From Christensenellaceae bacterium (GTDB taxonomy: Bacteria > Bacillota > Clostridia > Christensenellales > UBA1242): a stretch of DNA of 64,000 bases. Below, piece after piece: positions 36,718-46,303 of this stretch. The stretch's first letter is position 1. Every line of letters begins with the position of its first letter. Position numbers and translations under genes: made by a program. The stretch spans positions 438 through 64,437 of the forward strand of contig JAISHI010000006.1 of assembly GCA_031262595.1 (NCBI GenBank), written 5' to 3'. Under the pieces are notes generated by a model. It saw nothing but the letters and a program-made list of their open reading frames with translations, searched no databases and was not told the origin of the DNA.

Positions 36718-36747
36718 TTGCCACGCGCGTTTGTTTATTGTTATAAA
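36718..36747 (+). promoter_or_regulatory. degV promoter TTGCCA-18-TATAAA, with the -10 box 6 nt from the ATG
   Basis: Hexamers read directly from the sequence. Confidence 0.55.
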
Positions 36748-36753
36748 TAACTC

Positions 36754-37626
36754 ATGAAGAACACAAATAATAAATTAGTGCTTTTTATCGATGCAACTTG
36801 CGATATGCCTTATGATTTCATAAAGGAAAACGATATAAAAATCGTTGGGCTTCCATACATAATCGGCGAAAAAGATGGTTTCGCGAAGGGCGCGACGACG
36901 AAAGAGCTTAAAACTTTTTATGATGCGATGCGGAGGGGCGAGAACGCTAAAACGAGTTTAGTTACTTACGAAAACGCTTACGGTGAGTTAGAGCCTTTTA
37001 TTAAAGACGGCAATGATATTATTTATCAAGGGTTATCTTCTGGGCTCGCGAAAACACTCGAAAACGCGAAAAACGCGGGCGAAGACCTCGCGAAAAAGCA
37101 CGGAACAAAGTTCTTTTGCCCTGATTCGAAGGCCGTTTCCGCGATGCATTATATAATCATGAAACGCATTATTAAATGGCGCGACGAGGGCAAAACTTTC
37201 GAGGAGCTTACGAAACTCATCGACGAATTCCATACCCATTTAAACGTTGTTTTTACGGTTGAGGACCTCGTTTATTTGCGACGCGGCGGACGAATTTCGG
37301 GAGCTACGAAAGTTATGGGAACGCTTCTTAACATAAAACCGCTGATAACTATAAATAAGGAAACAGGCGTTCTCGAAAACTTCGCGAAAACGCAAGGGCG
37401 CATAAAATCAATCCAAGCAATCGCCGACTACGCGAAAACCGCCGACCCAGACCATACTGGCGACGCCGTTATAGTCCACGCCGACTGCCTCGCCGACGCC
37501 GAACTTCTTAAACAAAAAATCCAAGCTATAAACCCGAAATTAAACCCCGAAATCATCGACATCGGCTACGTTATCGGCACGCATACGGGCCCGGGTGCAT
37601 TAGGATTCTGTTGGTATAAAAAATAA
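36754..37626 (+). CDS. DegV family fatty-acid-binding protein
   Basis: 290 aa with the N-terminus VLFIDATCDMP, the motif LSSGL and the C-terminal motif THTGPGALGF. Confidence 0.85.
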   Translation: MKNTNNKLVLFIDATCDMPYDFIKENDIKIVGLPYIIGEKDGFAKGATTKELKTFYDAMRRGENAKTSLVTYENAYGELEPFIKDGNDIIYQGLSSGLAKTLENAKNAGEDLAKKHGTKFFCPDSKAVSAMHYIIMKRIIKWRDEGKTFEELTKLIDEFHTHLNVVFTVEDLVYLRRGGRISGATKVMGTLLNIKPLITINKETGVLENFAKTQGRIKSIQAIADYAKTADPDHTGDAVIVHADCLADAELLKQKIQAINPKLNPEIIDIGYVIGTHTGPGALGFCWYKK

Positions 37627-37650
37627 ATATTATAATAAAAATAAATAATT

Positions 37651-38649
37651 TTATAACTGAACGCTCTTGCTGGCTTGTTTCTTTATTTCTTCGCTCATGT
37701 GGGCGTAGTGTTTTCGGGTTGTGTTAACGTCTTTATGCCCTAAAACTTCCGCGACAACATAAATATCTTGAACGGCTTCATAAAGGTTTGTGCCGAACGT
37801 GCTTCGAAGTTTATGCGGCGAGATTTTTTTAAGCGGCGAGACGACGCGGGCGTATTTATATATAACGTTTTGAATGGCTCTGGGAAGAAGCCTTTGGTCG
37901 CCTCGTTTTGCGCCATTTTCGCTCGTTTTTAGGCTTAAAAATAAAGGTTCCGCGATATTTTTAACGCGCTCCCCTAGATAACTTTTAAGCTCCTCAGCGC
38001 AAAAATCCGGCATATACAAAATCGAAACATTTCCGCCCTTTCGCTGAACCCGAAACGAATTATCCTTAAAATTTATGTCGCAGATATTAAGCGCGGCGAG
38101 TTCGCTTATGCGGATGCCAGTCGCGAGAAACAAAACGATAATCATCTTATCCCGCGCGCTTGTTTTTATCGTATAACTGCGTTGATGCTCGGTTTGGTCG
38201 GCGAGCTCGTCAGGCGCGTCGATAAGTTCGCGGCTCTCATCTTTATCAAGGCGGATGATTTCCTTGTCGTGGATTTTCGGCGCGTCGATTTTTTCCATAA
38301 CGTTTTTCTCAATCTCGCCGATTTTTAAAAAGTATTTAAATAAATTTTTAAGCGCGGAAACCTTACGCGCAACGCTCCGCTCCGTCATCTTCGATAGAAA
38401 CGCAAGATAAACCTCTATATCATGAACGCTTAAGCTTTCTAAGTCCTTCGCGGTTTTAATTTCGCGCCCTAAATTTTCTTTCATAAACCCTAAAAACGCG
38501 CTAATATCGCTCGCGTAGTTAAGCCGAGTTAGAGGGCTAGTTTTTTGCGAAATCGCGTTTATGAAAACAGCCAAAAACGGCGGATTTTTATCTAAAATTT
38601 TCTCCGTTCGGGCGAGTGTTTCGCTGTTGCGCTTTTCGATAAACCCCAT
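37651..38649 (-). CDS. Tyrosine recombinase (XerC/XerD-like)
   Basis: 332 aa with catalytic motifs ATGIRISEL, HKLRSTF and LGHKDVNTTRKHYAHM. Confidence 0.8.
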   Translation of the reverse strand: MGFIEKRNSETLARTEKILDKNPPFLAVFINAISQKTSPLTRLNYASDISAFLGFMKENLGREIKTAKDLESLSVHDIEVYLAFLSKMTERSVARKVSALKNLFKYFLKIGEIEKNVMEKIDAPKIHDKEIIRLDKDESRELIDAPDELADQTEHQRSYTIKTSARDKMIIVLFLATGIRISELAALNICDINFKDNSFRVQRKGGNVSILYMPDFCAEELKSYLGERVKNIAEPLFLSLKTSENGAKRGDQRLLPRAIQNVIYKYARVVSPLKKISPHKLRSTFGTNLYEAVQDIYVVAEVLGHKDVNTTRKHYAHMSEEIKKQASKSVQL

Positions 38650-38733
38650 ATAAAAAATTTAATAAAAAAAAGAAAAAAACACAAATAATAATTTGACTTA
38701 TAATTTATATCTTATTATATATAATATATAAGG

Positions 38734-41700
38734 GTGGAGGTTATGCACAAAAGAACCAACCAGTTTTTTTCAGTATTATTCATATTATGCATTTCTTGCG
38801 CGCTTTTTTCGGTTGGCGTTAATATTCTCTCCGCCCAACCTAAAAACGATAACCAAACAAGCCTTGTTATAGAAAGCGAACGAACCGCGAAACCAGTTTT
38901 CGAAACTTCATCGGGCGACGGCGATACTCCCGCTACCTATACCATTACTTTCGATAAAAATACGAGCGGCGCAACATCAACCCAATACACTCTCGGAACC
39001 TCCGCAGTTTCCGCTACACAAGGGCTTCCTATGCCAACGCCTATTATTAAGCCGACGCTTAAAAGCGCGAGCAATGCCGATATTGCTTTCCAAGGTTATT
39101 ACGACGCTAGGGTTGGTGGAACTAAATATTATGACGAAAACGGTTATTGCGCCCAAGTTTTAGATAATAACGAAACCCTCATAGAACAAGTTTGGGATAA
39201 ATCCGCGAGCGCAACGCTTTACGCTCATTGGGCGGGAACATACGCGCTCAGTTTCAATAATAACGCTGGGGATGTCTCAACTTTATTGGCCGTCGACGCG
39301 CTTTCGAGTATATACGTTATCCGTGGTATTAACCCCATTACGGTTGACGTCAGCGCATTTAACGCAGTTATAACCCATACTTTCCTAGGATTTTGGGATG
39401 CATCCACAGCGACAGGCGGAACTCAATATTTTGACGAAGAGGGAACTAGCATCCGAGTTTGGGATAAATCCGTAAACACAACGCTTTACGCAAGATGGCG
39501 TCTCAATAATATTACCACGCCAAGTATCGCAACAAACCTCGTTTATAATGGTTTTGATGACCGAGAATTGTTTGTTAATACTGATCTCAATAATAATACC
39601 GCTGACGGTTATGAATATACTCCCTACGACAGCACGCCAGATACCGCATACACCGCTACTGGGGCGATTATAGAAAATTCAGTTATAAAATATAAAGACG
39701 GTGCGACGGGAAGTTGGGAAACTACCGCGCCAAGGAAAAAAGACGCCGGCTCTTACACAGTTTATATAGCGGCGTTTGTTAATGGTGTAATACAGGAAGG
39801 CGAAAACGCGATTGTATCTAAAACAATTACCATCGCGAAAAAAGGTCTAACGGTTATTATAACGAACGACGACAAACCCGCCACCGAACATAAGAACTAT
39901 AAAACCTATGGGGATGCTGGGTTTACCTTTACTTTTGAAGTTGACGGCACAGTTCGCGACGAGAGCGGCACGACAGTTTATAACGTTGGAACGGGAACGC
40001 CGGCTTACAAAGATGCGGACGGCAATGCGTTTATTAATACGACCGCTACCCCAGCCGGAGTTTATGCGATAACGCCTGCGATTGGAACTCTCGTTGCGAC
40101 ATCGAACTATGAGTTTACGACTTTTAATTCCGCGACTTTCACCGTTAACCGAAAGGCAGCAACTCCGTCTACGATTTCGACAACCGAAGCTTCGCCAACA
40201 CCCGCAGGAACTTACGGCAGCGCATCGTTAACGGTTTCGCCGATAGATGGTGCGACTATAACTGGCAACGGATCTAGCGGCGCAACAAATACAACGGACG
40301 CAGGAACTTATACTGTTATTTACACTTTAAACAATAACTATTATTGGAGCGACTTAACCGCGCAATCTGACCCAACGGAAGAACTCACCGCCGCAAGAAC
40401 ACATTATTTTAATGTCGCGAAAAAAGGTCTAACGCTAACGATTAGCGACTCCTCCATGACTTATTGGGCGCCGGCCACCTTACAACCCGTAACTGTTTCC
40501 GCGACGGGGCTTACAAATAGCGAAACGGTTTACAGTTTAGGCATAACGAACTCGTCTAGCCAAGTCGTTATAAGCGCGACAAACACGGATGCGGCGGTTA
40601 GTCGCCCAGACACAAGTTGGAATTGGAAGATCGGCAATACAACCAACCCAACGACAGCCGAGCTCGCGGCTCTAAATGCTGGCAATTATGACTTAACAAT
40701 CGTTCAGCAAACGCTCACGAACTACGAGGTTAGCATTACGAAGGGAACTTTTACGGTCAACCCAAAAATGCTTACGAAAGCCGACCTTAGAAACTACGGC
40801 GGGTTTCTAGAAGGCGCAGACTATGAAAATGTACCCTATTTTATAAACACCGCCACCAACGACGCCCGAGTTTTTAATACCTTAATATCTAGTTTAGCCA
40901 CTGGATACATTACCGAAGGCGAAAATTACGGCCGATACGACTTCGGCGATAGCACTAACTATATTGGCTCTTGGCAAATCGCTTATAATAACGGCACCGC
41001 TGCAACAAACTTAAAACCTAGGGATGCGAGCGGGACATTTAGTTTGCCAAATACGTCTGATATCAGTACAGCCAACATCGTTAAAGACAGGACGCAAGGA
41101 TTTTATTTAAAGTTTACGCCAAAAAGCGGTAATACTAACTATACTGCCGGCGTAAATACCGCCTCCGACGACGACGGCGATGGATTTTTCGCGATTGATG
41201 TTATTATGAAAAAAGCGAACCTCCCAACTAATTCCGCCGAATACGCGAACTTCCCCGGTTATTCGTTTTGGCTTGGAAATACAAACCCAAAGATAAAAGC
41301 AATAAATTTCGGAACGACATATGAAGAGTTGCTCACAATGTTAAATGCGGATGCTGGCGTTTCTACTACTAGCCCTTGGGGCTATGGTAGCCTCCAATCA
41401 ACAACAAGCGGAATCATAACCTCACCTAATGATCTCTATAACGGGGCATTCCCTCAAAACGTTCAACTCCAATACACGCCAAAAGCCGCCTCTCAGGGCG
41501 CTGATAACTTTTATACAAGGGCGCATTATTTCCCTAATAGCAGCGTCATATTAAATACGCCTATAAGCCCCCTCGACGCGGAGGAAGACGAAGAAACTAG
41601 TGGTGTTTATCTTTATAATGTAGGCGGGAATGAATATCGCATACCAGCATTAAATGCATCTTATAGTATCAACCTCGGGCAAACGCTTGGCGTAATAAAT

Positions 41701-42330
41701 TCAAGTATCGCTGGTACGAAAAACTCTCCAAACGGTTCATTAAAAGGAACTTTTGCGTTCTCGGCTGAAGATTCCCTAATCGCGCCAACTGCCTCAGGGA
41801 CTTATTCCGTTATATTTAAGGCTTCGGAATTCGGCAATGATACAGCTAATAAAAAATATTTTAGGGACGCCGAAATTCCTATCCAAGTTAATGTTATAGG
41901 CGGCTCTACCCAAGACCAAACGACTTTACCAACCGCTACTGCTGTCGCGGGTCAAACCGTTGCGGACGTCGAACTTCGGTTAGGCGGCGGGGCTGCTACG
42001 GGTTGGGCAATCGTCTACGGGCAAACTGCCGTTGGATATACCGAAGAAACGCTTGTCGAGATGGTAGATAATGGCATAATCTACTTAACTTATAATGGGC
42101 AAACCAAACAAGATAACAGTTATTATCAAATTACTATAACAATTCGCGATGCGGGCGACCCCGACCCTGACGTTCCAATCGTCGACCCTAATCCACCACA
42201 AGACCCTCTTCCAAATGGCGGGATATCTACACCAACTAAAATTTGGATAGCGCTCGGCGTTATGCTTTTATTGCTCTTCGCGTTGCTCGCAATTCGCAAA
42301 TCAAGAAAACGCAAGGCAGCGGTTCAATAA
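38734..42330 (+). CDS. Giant surface protein with Listeria-Bacteroides repeats, MBG-type modules and a sortase-like C-terminal signal
   Basis: About 1198 aa with a signal peptide. Repeats end ..LYAHW and ..LYARW. The C-terminus is LPNGG-ISTPTK-hydrophobic-RKSRKRK. The start is either GTG 38734 or ATG 38743. Confidence 0.75.
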   Translation: MEVMHKRTNQFFSVLFILCISCALFSVGVNILSAQPKNDNQTSLVIESERTAKPVFETSSGDGDTPATYTITFDKNTSGATSTQYTLGTSAVSATQGLPMPTPIIKPTLKSASNADIAFQGYYDARVGGTKYYDENGYCAQVLDNNETLIEQVWDKSASATLYAHWAGTYALSFNNNAGDVSTLLAVDALSSIYVIRGINPITVDVSAFNAVITHTFLGFWDASTATGGTQYFDEEGTSIRVWDKSVNTTLYARWRLNNITTPSIATNLVYNGFDDRELFVNTDLNNNTADGYEYTPYDSTPDTAYTATGAIIENSVIKYKDGATGSWETTAPRKKDAGSYTVYIAAFVNGVIQEGENAIVSKTITIAKKGLTVIITNDDKPATEHKNYKTYGDAGFTFTFEVDGTVRDESGTTVYNVGTGTPAYKDADGNAFINTTATPAGVYAITPAIGTLVATSNYEFTTFNSATFTVNRKAATPSTISTTEASPTPAGTYGSASLTVSPIDGATITGNGSSGATNTTDAGTYTVIYTLNNNYYWSDLTAQSDPTEELTAARTHYFNVAKKGLTLTISDSSMTYWAPATLQPVTVSATGLTNSETVYSLGITNSSSQVVISATNTDAAVSRPDTSWNWKIGNTTNPTTAELAALNAGNYDLTIVQQTLTNYEVSITKGTFTVNPKMLTKADLRNYGGFLEGADYENVPYFINTATNDARVFNTLISSLATGYITEGENYGRYDFGDSTNYIGSWQIAYNNGTAATNLKPRDASGTFSLPNTSDISTANIVKDRTQGFYLKFTPKSGNTNYTAGVNTASDDDGDGFFAIDVIMKKANLPTNSAEYANFPGYSFWLGNTNPKIKAINFGTTYEELLTMLNADAGVSTTSPWGYGSLQSTTSGIITSPNDLYNGAFPQNVQLQYTPKAASQGADNFYTRAHYFPNSSVILNTPISPLDAEEDEETSGVYLYNVGGNEYRIPALNASYSINLGQTLGVINSSIAGTKNSPNGSLKGTFAFSAEDSLIAPTASGTYSVIFKASEFGNDTANKKYFRDAEIPIQVNVIGGSTQDQTTLPTATAVAGQTVADVELRLGGGAATGWAIVYGQTAVGYTEETLVEMVDNGIIYLTYNGQTKQDNSYYQITITIRDAGDPDPDVPIVDPNPPQDPLPNGGISTPTKIWIALGVMLLLLFALLAIRKSRKRKAAVQ

Positions 42331-42337
42331 AAATTTT

Positions 42338-42364
42338 AAAAAAGGAGTAAAGCTCCTTTTTTTT
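42338..42364. terminator. Bidirectional terminator between the 1198-aa gene and recR
   Basis: AAAAAAGGAG-TAAAG-CTCCTTTTTT hairpin with T-runs on both strands. Confidence 0.65.
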
Positions 42365-42373
42365 ATGTCGTTT

Positions 42374-42964
42374 TTATATCTCGACGCGGTTGGTTATCGC
42401 GACGCCGAGCGTTATGCCGTCCGCGTATTCGAGGTTTGTTCCGAGTGAAAGCCCCGTCGCGAGGCGGGTCACTAAAACACCCGCGGGTTTTAGGAGGCTC
42501 GCGATATAACTCGCCGTCGCCTCACCCTCAACGTCGGGGTTCGTCGCTATTATAACTTCGCGTATCTTCTCGTCGCGCACGCGCAAGACTAGGCTCTTTA
42601 AGTTTATATCGTTCGGGCCTTTTTTATCGAGCGGGCTAATTACGCCGTGAAGAACATGATACGTTCCCGAAAATGCCCCGCTTTTTTCGAGGCTGATTAT
42701 ATCGCGCGGGTCTTTAACGACGCAAATAACGTCGCTTTTCCGCGTTTCGCAAATTCGGCAAAGTTCGCCTTCGCAAAAATTCCCGCATTTCGCGCAAAGC
42801 TTAACGTTTCGCTTAACGTCTAAAATCGATTGCGCAAACTCCTTCGCGAAGGCCTCATCTTTTTCGATAATTTTATAGGCGCAACGTTCCGCCATCTTAT
42901 AACCGATGCCGGAAAGTTTCGTAAAACAATTTATAAGGGTGTTTATCGTTTTTAGGTTATCCAC
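42374..42964 (-). CDS. recR: Recombination protein RecR
   Basis: SGIGYKMAERCAY HhH motif, C4 zinc finger CAKCGNFCEGELCRIC and Toprim motif ATNPDVEGEATA. I trimmed the start to GTG 42964, which gives 196 aa, typical for RecR. Confidence 0.9.
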   Translation of the reverse strand: MDNLKTINTLINCFTKLSGIGYKMAERCAYKIIEKDEAFAKEFAQSILDVKRNVKLCAKCGNFCEGELCRICETRKSDVICVVKDPRDIISLEKSGAFSGTYHVLHGVISPLDKKGPNDINLKSLVLRVRDEKIREVIIATNPDVEGEATASYIASLLKPAGVLVTRLATGLSLGTNLEYADGITLGVAITNRVEI

Positions 42965-42970
42965 GACCTT

Positions 42971-42999
42971 ATTATATCGAAATTTAAAGCCGCTAGCAA
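42971..42999 (-). promoter_or_regulatory. recR promoter TTGCTA-17-TATAAT, with the -10 box 6 nt from the GTG
   Basis: Hexamers read directly from the sequence. This supports the trimmed recR start. Confidence 0.55.
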
Positions 43000-43029
43000 G
43001 CGAAAAACCCCGCACGCATAAACCTTAAT

Positions 43030-43965
43030 ATGTGGGGAATCGCGTTCCTTTTTGTTGGGAGCATAATCGGCGCAGGGTTCGCAACGGGCGCGGAGATTTT
43101 AGCGTTTTTCGGCGGGCTTGATTTTCCGCCGCTTTTAATCGGGGCGTTTGTCGTTTTAACGCAATTTGCGGTCATGTTCCTAATCCTAAACCGCGCCTCA
43201 AAGCAAACCCAAAAATCCACGCGGTTCACAAAATTCAAAAAAGTCTACGAACTCGCGCTTTATTTTATCCTCTTTACGGCAATGACGGCAGGAATCTCGA
43301 AACTTTTCGGCGCGATAGCGGGCGCAATAAGCCTTTGCGTTAGCCTTTTCATCGTTTTTTTAGGGTTTAATAAGATGGTCGTCATTAACCGATATTTAGT
43401 TTTATTTGTATCGACGGTTTTATTTATAATAAATATAGTATTTTTAAATAGCGGCTCGTTTGAGATAGGAAACGCCGTTAGCGCACCTTCCGCGATCTTT
43501 TGGGCATTTCTTTATTCGGGGTTGAATTGTTGCATGATGGATTCAATCGTTAAAACCGCGCTAAAAACGAAAACTCGGCGAGAGGTTATTTTAGCGTCAA
43601 TAATTTCGAGCCTTATCGTCGGCGTTTTTACCTTTTTAATCCTAAATTCAATAAGAACGAACGCTATCTCCTCCGCAGTTCCCATGCTCGAGATAAGCAA
43701 AAACCCGATAACGCTCGTCGCAGTTTTGGGTTGCATAATAACTAGCCAATTCTCGTCGCTATTTTCGATAAAGGAAACGCTCCCAGCGCGGTTCAGCGGG
43801 GTTTACTTCGTCGCGCTAGTTTGTGCGCTTTGTTTCGCGATGAGTTTCATCGGTTTTTCGAACATAATCTCGTTTTTCTATCCAATAATCGGCGGCATAA
43901 CAGTCATAACTTTAAGCATTTTTTACATTAGAAATTACAGCGATAATGCTATCGAGCCTAAATAG
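43030..43965 (+). CDS. YkvI-family-like polytopic membrane protein
   Basis: 311 aa with about 10 TM segments. The N-terminal motif GSIIGAGFATGAEI is typical of the YkvI family. Confidence 0.5.
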   Translation: MWGIAFLFVGSIIGAGFATGAEILAFFGGLDFPPLLIGAFVVLTQFAVMFLILNRASKQTQKSTRFTKFKKVYELALYFILFTAMTAGISKLFGAIAGAISLCVSLFIVFLGFNKMVVINRYLVLFVSTVLFIINIVFLNSGSFEIGNAVSAPSAIFWAFLYSGLNCCMMDSIVKTALKTKTRREVILASIISSLIVGVFTFLILNSIRTNAISSAVPMLEISKNPITLVAVLGCIITSQFSSLFSIKETLPARFSGVYFVALVCALCFAMSFIGFSNIISFFYPIIGGITVITLSIFYIRNYSDNAIEPK

Positions 43966-44144
43966 CGCGCTCCGCGCTGTTCCGCGAGTTCAAGATAAAT
44001 TCACGGTTTTTATGTGTTTTTTTATAACGCGTTTTATTTAAAAGGTGATAACTTAAAAAGGTGTTCGTCAAAATTTGCCAAATTAAGCGCAAAAACGACA
44101 AAAAACTTTAAAAATATTTATTTAATTTAAATCAAGGAGATATT

Positions 44145-44762
44145 ATGATTATAAAGAAAAATAACGAGGATATAACGAGCCTACTTAGCGGTTGCGAGAT
44201 TTTTTTAACAATCGCCGGCAACGATTTTAGGCTTGTTCCGGTGGTAAACGAAACTAAAAACCTCGAAACCGCGAGCGCAGGAACCGAAAACATCGAAACG
44301 AAATTTTGCGATTTCGAAAGCGCGCCCTCCATCGCCGCCGCCGAATTTTCACCAATCGCCAAAGTTGCGCTCTCCGCGCCTGCCGCCCAAGCCGCTGAGC
44401 CCGATCCAGCGCACAACCGCGATATAAGCAACGTTTTACTTATGCTGAATATTCCTCCGCATATCAAGGGTTATTCGTTTATGCGCGAAGCCATTTTTCG
44501 AACAATCCAAAACCCGAAAATCATAACGCGCATAACGAAGGAACTCTACCCTAATATCGCCGACCGTTTCGAAACGACGGCGAGTAAGGTCGAGCGCGCG
44601 ATTCGGCACGCGATTGAGGTTTGTTGGCAAAGGTCAAAAATCGAAACGATAAACCAAGTTTTCGGTGTTAGGCAATTCTCGATTCACGACAAGCCTACGA
44701 ACGGCGAGTTTATTGCGCTCGTCGCAGACAAGTTATTATTAGACGGCATAAAAATCGCGTAA
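44145..44762 (+). CDS. Spo0A C-terminal (DNA-binding) domain protein lacking a receiver domain
   Basis: Residues about 100-205 match the Spo0A_C signature (PPHIKGYSFMREAI, ITKELYPNIA, TTASKVERAIRHAIEVCW, KPTNGEFIALVADKL). The N-terminal 100 residues have no REC motifs. An AAGGAG SD lies 5 nt upstream. Confidence 0.8.
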   Translation: MIIKKNNEDITSLLSGCEIFLTIAGNDFRLVPVVNETKNLETASAGTENIETKFCDFESAPSIAAAEFSPIAKVALSAPAAQAAEPDPAHNRDISNVLLMLNIPPHIKGYSFMREAIFRTIQNPKIITRITKELYPNIADRFETTASKVERAIRHAIEVCWQRSKIETINQVFGVRQFSIHDKPTNGEFIALVADKLLLDGIKIA

Positions 44763-44829
44763 GTTTTTGCGTAAATTTAAAAATAGCCGCGCCGAAAATC
44801 TAGCGCGGTTTGAGCGTTATGTCATAGAT

Positions 44830-45087
44830 TTAATTGGTTTCGCCGAGTGCCTCGCGTATCGCAACGGAGAGTTGGTCGGGGCAACTTGCGCCCGAGGGTT
44901 GGCATCTCGTTCCCGCGAGTTTTTCCGCGACTTCGCGCGCGTTTTGCCCTTCGCAAAGCCTCGAAAGCCCAATTGAATTGCCTGCGCAACCGCCGAAAAA
45001 GCGAACGTTATGTAAGTTCCCTTCGTCGTCGATTTCGAGGTCGATTTGGCGGCTGCAAACGCCTTTTGTTTTATAAGAATGTTTCAT
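44830..45087 (-). CDS. TSCPD-domain protein (TIGR03905-like)
   Basis: 85 aa with the motifs FFGGCAGN and GASCPDQLS. Confidence 0.7.
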   Translation of the reverse strand: MKHSYKTKGVCSRQIDLEIDDEGNLHNVRFFGGCAGNSIGLSRLCEGQNAREVAEKLAGTRCQPSGASCPDQLSVAIREALGETN

Positions 45088-45141
45088 TTGTTTTTCTCCT
45101 ATTTTATTTTTCGAGATTTTTTAGAGCTTAACGAGCATTAT

Positions 45142-45708
45142 TTACTTTTCGGGATTTTCTTCGGGCTCGACAAGCGTTCCCCAAATCGTTTCGAAAATTT
45201 GCGGGGCTTTTTGTTTCCAAAGTCCGCCCGCGCGAACGGCGTCGGTTCGTGTCGGCACTTTAACCGAAACTTCGAGTAAGTTATATTTAACGCCCTCTTT
45301 AATAAACATATCAACCGTCCAAGTCCCGTCGCGGTTTTGGCTCAGGTCATAGCGGTATTCTTGGTTTTTTCGGAAACGCACCTTGTTTTCCTTAATATAG
45401 GCTAAAACTTCCTCGCGCAAACTAGCCGGAATCTTTAAATAGAGTTCGGTCAGGCACTCGCGCCCTTCCCTAGTTAGTTGATAAGCGGGCTCCGCGCCGT
45501 GGGCATCGCAATAGATGAACCCTGCGTCTTGGAGTTTCGCGAACGACTCGCGATAATACATATACGGCATCCAATTATTCGACATAATAATCTCGGACAG
45601 CGTCGAATCCGTTAGGGCAATATCCATTTTCTCGAAAATAAACAAAATTAAAAGCTTGCGCACCATTTCGTCCGCGACAAACCCCGTTTCAGTCCGTGCT
45701 TTTTCCAT
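45142..45708 (-). CDS. DUF4364-like protein (tentative)
   Basis: 188 aa. Size and N-terminal pattern (LILFIFEKMDIALTDSTLSEII) resemble Clostridial DUF4364. It lies upstream of the TSCPD gene. Confidence 0.45.
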   Translation of the reverse strand: MEKARTETGFVADEMVRKLLILFIFEKMDIALTDSTLSEIIMSNNWMPYMYYRESFAKLQDAGFIYCDAHGAEPAYQLTREGRECLTELYLKIPASLREEVLAYIKENKVRFRKNQEYRYDLSQNRDGTWTVDMFIKEGVKYNLLEVSVKVPTRTDAVRAGGLWKQKAPQIFETIWGTLVEPEENPEK

Positions 45709-45738
45709 TCCGACTCATTATAACCGAAAAATTTCCGC

Positions 45739-45767
45739 TTGGCAAGCGGGCGGCCGAGAATTAAAAT
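45739..45767 (+). promoter_or_regulatory. Thioesterase gene promoter TTGGCA-17-TAAAAT, with the -10 box 7 nt from the ATG
   Basis: Hexamers read directly from the sequence. Confidence 0.55.
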
Positions 45768-45774
45768 ATAAATT

Positions 45775-46299
45775 ATGAGATATAAAGTTTTAAAAGAACA
45801 ATTCATTTCGCGGGATTGCATGGTTTGCGGCAATCATAATCGGCTCAGCCTTAGGGCGCGGTTTTTCGAATGCGAGGACGCGCAGGGCGAGAAGGTTTTA
45901 ATAACTGTCGCGAAACCGAAATGGAACCACCAATCCTATCCCGACCGAATGCACGGCGGAGTTGTTTCGGCTATCCTCGACGAGAGCATCGGGCGCGCGG
46001 TTCAAATGACCCACCCCGAAATTTGGGGCGTTACGATTGACTTAACCGTTAAATTCAGGAGCGCAACCCCGCTATCGAAGAAACTTTTCGTTAAATCTAA
46101 GATAACCGAAGTCGGCTCGCGCGCGTTTCTTGGCGAAGGCGAACTTTTCGTTAAAGGCGGCGAGAAGCCTCTAGCTACCGCAAGCGGTCGGTTCTTTTTA
46201 ATCCCGGATACGAAACTAGATAGCGTCGGCATGGGTTGCCTCGATGAAGAAAATTGGCACCCAAGCGGGCTTAAATTACCGAAATATATCGAGTTTTAA
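45775..46299 (+). CDS. PaaI-family hotdog-fold thioesterase
   Basis: 174 aa with the motif HGGVVSAILDESIGRA. Confidence 0.75.
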   Translation: MRYKVLKEQFISRDCMVCGNHNRLSLRARFFECEDAQGEKVLITVAKPKWNHQSYPDRMHGGVVSAILDESIGRAVQMTHPEIWGVTIDLTVKFRSATPLSKKLFVKSKITEVGSRAFLGEGELFVKGGEKPLATASGRFFLIPDTKLDSVGMGCLDEENWHPSGLKLPKYIEF

Positions 46300-46303
46300 A
46301 TCC

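Noticed and set aside
37651-42330. An integrative element or prophage suggested by the tyrosine recombinase next to a giant gene and by the XRE regulator at 24984.
   Set aside because: I saw no flanking direct repeats, no phage structural or replication genes, and no excisionase. The recombinase looks like a chromosomal Xer type.
44788-44812. A GC-rich hairpin (CCGCGC..GCGCGG) between the Spo0A-like and TSCPD genes as a terminator.
   Set aside because: The stem is only 6 bp with a 10-nt loop and no convincing T-run on either strand.
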